A stretch of DNA of 64,000 nt from Dehalococcoidia bacterium (GTDB lineage Bacteria; Chloroflexota; Dehalococcoidia; UBA2979). The notes under the pieces were generated by a model. The model saw only the letters and a list, made by a program, of their open reading frames with translations. It did not search any database and was not told the origin of the DNA. The stretch is from contig OZ244720.1 in the NCBI GenBank assembly GCA_965219085.1, forward strand, positions 3,200,001 through 3,264,000. Direction: 5' to 3'. A program made the position numbers and the translations under genes. Every line of letters starts with the position of its first letter. The stretch's first letter is position 1. Of this stretch, positions 58,729 through 64,000 are shown in pieces.

Positions 58729-59339
58729 TCAGGTGCGTGGGGCGCGCCGGCCAGCCGTCACGAATGACACTGTGGCGAGCGCGAACGCGAGTGCGACCAG
58801 TAGCACAACCGCCCGGTTATCTGCCCTCGGCGCCTGCTCACCTGCTGTCATCCCGGCTCCCGTTGCCGGACGCTCGGGTGACCGTGCTCCGCGTAGCTCT
58901 GGAGTGATCAAGCCGGTGCCAGGAGGGTGACCGGGACCGAGTAGGTTCAGGTAATGCTGCGCACCCTCCAGTCCGAAGATATTGCACACTCCGGTGACGA
59001 ACCGGTCGCCTCCGTCGTCAAGCCAGGCATACACGAGGAACGTCTCGTCAAGGGCGAGGCGGGCCTCGCAGAAGCCTGTGCCTCGGAAGGCGATGCGCAC
59101 GACTTCGGTCGTGCTCACATCGCCCTTCCATACTTCGGAGACCCGGAACGGCACGAGTTCAGTCTCAGTACGAGGGGTGAGCTCAAGCACTTCTGCCGCG
59201 AAGACGGCTTCGTAGTTCTCGAGTGATCCACTCCGCGGGGCCCCCCACAAACACACGCCGAGGCGCTCGGAGCTGGCAGTAACGCGCCAAGACTGAGCAC
59301 CAGTGCCACCGCCGCGAGCAGAACAGGCCATGAACGCAT
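58729..59339 (-). pseudogene. Second TIMP/NTR-like anchored protein, frameshifted in a G6C4 tract
   Basis: MRSWPVLL...ASACVC in one frame; VFAAEV..VSEVWKG..FLVYA..PATGAG-TM-RR in another; shift at 59237-59246. Confidence 0.72.
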
Positions 59340-59398
59340 GGGGCGCAGGGTACACGCCACGCGATGGTTGATGGTGTCCGAATCGCGCTCCGGGCGCA

Positions 59399-59426
59399 CG
59401 AAGGGCCGCCCGCGGGCGGCCCTTCG
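59399..59426. terminator. 28-bp perfect palindrome downstream of the ECH gene
   Basis: CGAAGGGCCGCCCG/CGGGCGGCCCTTCG. Confidence 0.6.
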
Positions 59427-59449
59427 ATGGTGTGCCGGGGGCGCTCGTG

Positions 59450-60217
59450 CTAGCGGCCCTCCCAGACCGGGTCGCGCTTCTCGGCGAACGCCGTCGGGCC
59501 CTCGACGGCGTCCTGCGAGCTCAGCACGTGCTTGCCGACCCAGTCGTAGAGCCGGTACGAGTCGTCCATCTTGGCGAGCCGCCAGCTCTGGATCACGGCC
59601 TTCGTGCCCTGCACCGACAGCGGCGCGTTGGCGGCGATCATCTCCGCGATCTCGACCGCGCGCGGCAGCAGCCGGTCGGGCTCGACGACCTCGGTGACCA
59701 GGCCCCACGCGAGCGCCTGCTCGGGCTCGATGCGGTCGGCGGTGAGCAGCGCGTACGCGGCCGCGGAGTGGCCAATCACGCGCGGCATGTGGTGGATGGC
59801 GTAGCCGGCGAGGATCCCGCGCTTCGGCTCGAACAGCCCGAAGAACGCCTCGGTCGAGCAGATGCGGATGTCGCAGTCGAGGGCGGTCTCGCAGCCGCCG
59901 CCGATGGCGAGGCCGTTCACGGCGGCGATGAACGGCTTCTCGTTCTGCGAGTACGGGAAGTTGTCGACCAATGCCTGTGCGCCGCCGCGGTCGCGGGACT
60001 GCCCCCCTTCGGCCATCTCCTTGAGGTCGCCGCCGGCGGAGAAGGCGCGGCCGGCGCCGGTGACGATGCCGACGCGCATGTTGACGTCGTTGCTGAAGTC
60101 ATCGATGGCCTCGGCGAGCTCGCGCGTGAGATTGCCGCCCATCGCGTTCAGCCGCTCGGGGCGGTTGTAGGTGAAGATCGCGTAGAAGTCGTGCTTGTCG
60201 TAGATCAGGTCGGGCAA
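59450..60217 (-). CDS. Enoyl-CoA hydratase/isomerase
   Basis: YNRPERLNA, FSAGGD, AVNGLAIGGGCE, FEPKRG; TTG start inferred. Confidence 0.9.
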   Translation of the reverse strand: MPDLIYDKHDFYAIFTYNRPERLNAMGGNLTRELAEAIDDFSNDVNMRVGIVTGAGRAFSAGGDLKEMAEGGQSRDRGGAQALVDNFPYSQNEKPFIAAVNGLAIGGGCETALDCDIRICSTEAFFGLFEPKRGILAGYAIHHMPRVIGHSAAAYALLTADRIEPEQALAWGLVTEVVEPDRLLPRAVEIAEMIAANAPLSVQGTKAVIQSWRLAKMDDSYRLYDWVGKHVLSSQDAVEGPTAFAEKRDPVWEGR

Positions 60218-60353
60218 GGTGTTCCCTCTTCCTTGGCTCGCACTACCACGCGCGTTCTCGATGCCGTGGCGGCGCGTCGCGAACGTATCGGCGCGCCGCA
60301 CCGCTTGGCAAGCGGAACGAGGTATCGAGGGGTCCGAGGCCGCGTCCCTGAGC

Positions 60354-61127
60354 CTACTCGGCGAACTCGAACAGCACCGGCGCGTGGTCGGACGGCTTCT
60401 TGCCCTTGCGGAAGTCGCGGTCGAACCCCGCCGCGACGAGCCTCGACGCGAGCTCCGGGCTCACCAGCGCGAGGTCGATGCGCAGCCCCAGGCCGCGGTG
60501 GAAGTTCCCGCCGCGATAGTCCCACCACGAGTGCTGCACGAGGTCCGGTTCGACGACGCGGAACGCATCCGCCAGCCCGGCGTCGAGGATCGTGCGGAGC
60601 CGCTCGCGCTCGGGCGCGCTGACGTGGGTGCTGCCCTCGAACGCCTCGGGGTCGTACACGTCGATGTCGGCGGGGGCGACGTTGAAGTCGCCCGCGATGG
60701 CGAGCGGCTGCCCGGCGAGCGAGCGCGCGCGCTCGGCCATCGCGTCGAGGAACGCCAGCTTGGCCTCGTGCATCGGGTCGTCGAGCGACCGGCCGTTGAC
60801 GACGTAGACGCTGGCGACGCGCACCCCGTTGACCGTGGCCTCGACCCAGCGGGCCTCCTCGGGCAGCGGGTTGCCCGGCAGGTCCGTCGAGACGTCGTCG
60901 AGGGGCACGTCGTTGCGGGCGAGGACGGCGACGCCCGCCCACTGCCCCGCCGAGTGGTCGGCGGCGTGGTAGCCGGCGGCGGCGAGCTCGTCGTGCGGGA
61001 AGGTGTCCGGCGCGACCTTCGTCTCCTGCAGGCAGAGGGCGTCGGGCGCGTGGACATCGAGGAACTCGAGCAGGCGCGGCAAGCGCGCCCGCACCGAGTT
61101 CACGTTCCAGGTCGCGAGCAGCACCAC
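60354..61127 (-). CDS. xth: Exodeoxyribonuclease III
   Basis: ATWNVNS, LQETK, GDFNVA, WWDYR, LRID, SDHAP. Confidence 0.95.
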   Translation of the reverse strand: MVLLATWNVNSVRARLPRLLEFLDVHAPDALCLQETKVAPDTFPHDELAAAGYHAADHSAGQWAGVAVLARNDVPLDDVSTDLPGNPLPEEARWVEATVNGVRVASVYVVNGRSLDDPMHEAKLAFLDAMAERARSLAGQPLAIAGDFNVAPADIDVYDPEAFEGSTHVSAPERERLRTILDAGLADAFRVVEPDLVQHSWWDYRGGNFHRGLGLRIDLALVSPELASRLVAAGFDRDFRKGKKPSDHAPVLFEFAE

Positions 61128-61192
61128 GACATCACCCGCTTCCGCGAACGACGTCGTGAGGTGTCGCGCTGACTGCTATGCGCTCAGGCGGC

Positions 61193-61930
61193 TCAGGCCT
61201 GGAACAGCAGCTCGAAGACCGCGTAGAACGCGACCGTCAGGATGGAGCCCGCGATGATCACGCCCCGGATGGTGTCGTACGGCGCCTTCGACCAGTGCGG
61301 CGCGTAGCCGAACGGCCAGCCCAGCGCGTTAATCTCGATCGCCCCGACCAACGCGATGAAGATCACCCAGTACGCGACGAGTGCGTCGTTGGCGACATCG
61401 AACACGAAGTGGCTCGAGGCGAACAGGTGCGAAGTGCCGCCCATGAAGAGCAGCATCGGGATCGAGAGCAGCGTGTTGGTGCGCGATGCGAGCCCGGCGC
61501 GGCGGGCTGCCGCCGGTGCATCCGGGTCGGCCTCGCCGCCCTCGGCGACGGTAACGGCCGAGCCGATGGCGACCTGCTGCGCGGGCCAGATCACGAGCCA
61601 CACGTTGCTGAACATGATGATGCCGAGGATCCCGCCGCCGGCGATGGCCGTGCCCTGCACCGTCGTGAAGTAGTCACGGGTGAGCTGCTCGTTGAAGGCG
61701 AGGATCAGGATGCCCGTGAGCAACGTGAACATCGCGCCCCAGCGGAACCACCACAGCGCGCGCCAGGTGACCCGCCGCATCGCCTCGGAGCGACCTTCGC
61801 CGCTCATCTCGGCAAACGCGGGCACCTGCACGAAGTTGAAGTAGTAGAGCAGGCCGATCCAGGTGATGCCGGCGAGGATGTGCGCGTACCGTGACAGGAA
61901 CGCGTACCCCTCTTGGCTCAGAATCTCCAT
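61193..61930 (-). CDS. PuuD/urate-oxidase N-terminal-like membrane protein
   Basis: HILAGITWIGLLYYFNFVQ, ALWWFRW, NVWLVIWP, ASRTNTLLSIPML; no CxxCH. Confidence 0.72.
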   Translation of the reverse strand: MEILSQEGYAFLSRYAHILAGITWIGLLYYFNFVQVPAFAEMSGEGRSEAMRRVTWRALWWFRWGAMFTLLTGILILAFNEQLTRDYFTTVQGTAIAGGGILGIIMFSNVWLVIWPAQQVAIGSAVTVAEGGEADPDAPAAARRAGLASRTNTLLSIPMLLFMGGTSHLFASSHFVFDVANDALVAYWVIFIALVGAIEINALGWPFGYAPHWSKAPYDTIRGVIIAGSILTVAFYAVFELLFQA

Positions 61931-62045
61931 AGCATCCACCTTCCAGGATTGGCCTTGTGGCGCGAGCTTATCACACGGCATCGAGGCCCGGCGTGGCGTG
62001 CCGGGCCCGATCGTGCAAGGTGTGACCCTGACTACGAACGTGGCC

Positions 62046-62525
62046 CTACTCGATGACGAGCACGCCCTCCATGCCGACCTGGCGGTGGCCGGCGACGCTG
62101 CACCAGAACGCGATCGTGCCCGACTCGGGAACGCGCAGCAGGAGCGTCTCCGACTCGCCCCGCTTCAGCAGCACGTGCACGTCGTAGCGTTCGTCGCCGA
62201 GCCCGATCTCCGAGGCGTCACCGGCGAACTCCTCGATCGTGAAGTCGTGCTCGATCACGCCCCTGTTCCTGAACTCGATGGCGAAGACCGAGCCGGCGGG
62301 TGCGCGCAACTCCTCGGCGCCGTACGCGATGTCGCGCATCTCCAGCTTGAGCGTGACCACGGGCGCCTCGCCGCCGAGCATCTCGACGGGCGTTGGCGTT
62401 GCGGTCGGCGTCGGCGTCCCATCCGGGTTGCCGTTGCCGCTGGGGCACCCGGCGAGGGCCGCCGCGAGCACGATTAGGGCCCCCGTCAGCGCCGAGGCCC
62501 GCACCATCCTTCGCAGCAATCGCAT
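62046..62525 (-). CDS. Cupredoxin (type-1 copper) lipoprotein
   Basis: LAGC lipobox; EHDF...FWCSVAGHRQVGM His/Cys/His/Met ligand set. Confidence 0.85.
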   Translation of the reverse strand: MRLLRRMVRASALTGALIVLAAALAGCPSGNGNPDGTPTPTATPTPVEMLGGEAPVVTLKLEMRDIAYGAEELRAPAGSVFAIEFRNRGVIEHDFTIEEFAGDASEIGLGDERYDVHVLLKRGESETLLLRVPESGTIAFWCSVAGHRQVGMEGVLVIE

Positions 62526-62736
62526 GCCCGCTCCTACCGTTGCACTGGACTCCGCGCGTCGCGCCTCAAGTGTCCGTGCGTCGTTGGTTGAGCGGAAGCC
62601 GGGCGCATGCGACCGGCACGGACATGGCGAGGCACCTGCTGGACGAATCCTGCCATAACCTGCCTCCGTTATGTGCACTAGACTGGTGGTTACGTCTGGG
62701 TGCACCCTGTTATGGTATTCGCGGGTGAAGACCTAC

Positions 62737-62774
62737 GCGGGGTCGGCCGGGTGAGTGGCGCCGGCCGACCCCGC
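62737..62774. repeat. 14-bp perfect inverted repeat
   Basis: GCGGGGTCGGCCGG-N10-CCGGCCGACCCCGC. Confidence 0.75.
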
Positions 62775-62959
62775 CTGTTCATGGCCTCGACGGCGAAGAC
62801 GCGGCGGTGGCTCAAGTCGTTCCACGACGTGCGGCCGCTACGGCACGCGAAGATCCTGACGAGCGTACGCCTGCTCGGCGAACCTACAGCGGAGCAGAAC
62901 CGTGATGTGGCTGCAGGCCAGGCCTGCCGGCGTGCCTGCACGAGTTCCTGGACGAGCTC

Positions 62960-63082
62960 GCAATCCTGATCCATCGCTTCGTACAGCGCCTCACGATCGG
63001 AGAGATCGACGAGTTCCCGCCCGCCGTTCCAGGACGGCAGTGGCCGGAGGGCGCGCGTTCGACGATTGTCGCGAGATTCCAT
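62960..63082 (-). pseudogene. Remnant of a VapB-type antitoxin C-terminus
   Basis: LPSWNGGRELVDLSDREALYEAMD resembles antitoxin tails; no N-terminal DNA-binding domain or toxin gene seen. Confidence 0.45.
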
Positions 63083-63116
63083 ACCGAACAGCGTACCCGA
63101 CGCCGCGCCGGACGCA

Positions 63117-64000
63117 TCAGACCGAATCGACGAAGGGCTGGACCGCTTCGATCAAGCCGGGCGTGTTCTGCCCATGAACGTTATGTCCGCAGTCCGGCAC
63201 CGTTACGAGCCGGCCCCGAGGTAGCGCCCCGACGAAGCGCTCCGCCCCCTCGACCGTCAGCACGTTCGAGTCGCCGCCGCGCACGACCAGCGCCGGCAGG
63301 TCGAACGCACGCACGGCGTCGAGGTCCGGTGCGCCCTCGATGCGGCCGTCCTCGCTGCGCTCGGCGCCCTCGCGGCGGAAGTCCGGGCTGTGTAGCAGCC
63401 GGTCGGACTTCGAGACGTACTTGCCGTCGGAGCGTTGCAGGAGGTTGTAGCGCACAGTGCGCGTGATGTGCTCGCGGCTGCGGTACGGGTCGTACGCCGT
63501 CACGCGCTCGATGAACGCGTCGAGGTCGTCGAACTCGACGTTCTGCTGCACGAACGCGCGGATCACGTCGGCGCCCTCGCCCGAGACCTCGGGTCCCACG
63601 TCGACGAAGACCGCCGGCGCGCGCGGCGGCCGGACGCTTGGCGAGCAGCGTCATCGTGACCATCCCGCCCATCGAGTGGCCGATCACGAGTGGGTGCTCG
63701 AGGTCCTGTTGGTCGATGAACGCGAGGGCGTCGGTCGCCATCGCCTGCACCGAGTAGTTGGCGTCGCGCGCCCACTCGCTGTCGCCGTGGCCGCGCTGGT
63801 CGAGCGCGAGCACGCGGTAGCGGTCGGCGAGGTGGAGGCTGACGAGGTCCCACGAGTGGGCGGTCTGGTTGCCGCCGTGCAGCAGCACGATCGGCGGCGC
63901 GTCGGGCTCGCCCCACTCGAGGAAGTGGAAGCGCTGTCGCCTGAGCACCGTGTTGCGGGAGAAATGACGAACCTCGGGATCATGGGAGATCCCGAGGTCC
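63117..64000 (-). pseudogene. Alpha/beta hydrolase, frameshifted, 5' end beyond window
   Basis: LHGG, DQRGHGDS and GHSMGG in one frame; VFVDVGPE...CGHNVH in another; extra base near 63616. Confidence 0.82.

Noticed and set aside
62700-62969. ORF 62700..62969+ (…RHAKILTSVRLLGEPT…)
   Set aside because: It may be a gene fragment, but I cannot assign it, and it overlaps hairpins.
50-63983. Many long antisense or alternative-frame ORFs in the track (e.g. 3007..4167+, 17047..18654+, 31247..33409+, 34818..37121+)
   Set aside because: Shadow ORFs typical of high-GC DNA; they overlap well-supported genes and lack recognisable motifs.
63972-63998. 11-bp inverted repeat ACCTCGGGATC/GATCCCGAGGT at the window end
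   Set aside because: Within an open hydrolase frame that reads plausibly; no evidence of function.
1-64000. CRISPR arrays, rRNA, tRNA, intact transposase/integrase or prophage genes
   Set aside because: No regularly spaced repeats, cloverleaf-like sequence or relevant protein motifs were seen by eye.

Overview
High-GC, gene-dense bacterial window with no rRNA, tRNA or CRISPR array seen. It is dominated by paralogous catabolic enzymes: 4 luciferase-like monooxygenases, 5 enoyl-CoA hydratases, 3 acyl-CoA dehydrogenases, 3 family III CoA-transferases, 2 amidohydrolases, an SDR and a Zn-ADH, plus 7 MFS transporters. This repertoire resembles SAR202-like Dehalococcoidia (Chloroflexota), which is an inference only. 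Also present are a CP-ATP-grasp/alpha-E/transglutaminase/proteasome-type protease operon, six intact or decayed toxin-antitoxin loci, a 151-bp IS5-like MITE and several frameshifted genes. Main observations: (1) all seven MFS transporters carry the same short motif [S/T]-H-x-G-[M/L] in non-membrane tails or loops at different positions (N-tail, central loop, C-tail), suggesting an undescribed docking or modification tag; (2) an unannotated UGA-recoded UxxC thioredoxin-fold selenoprotein with a SECIS-like hairpin; (3) a TIMP-like surface-protein cassette flanked by a duplicated 5' end of its neighbouring gene. All family calls come from motif recognition by eye; no database search was run.
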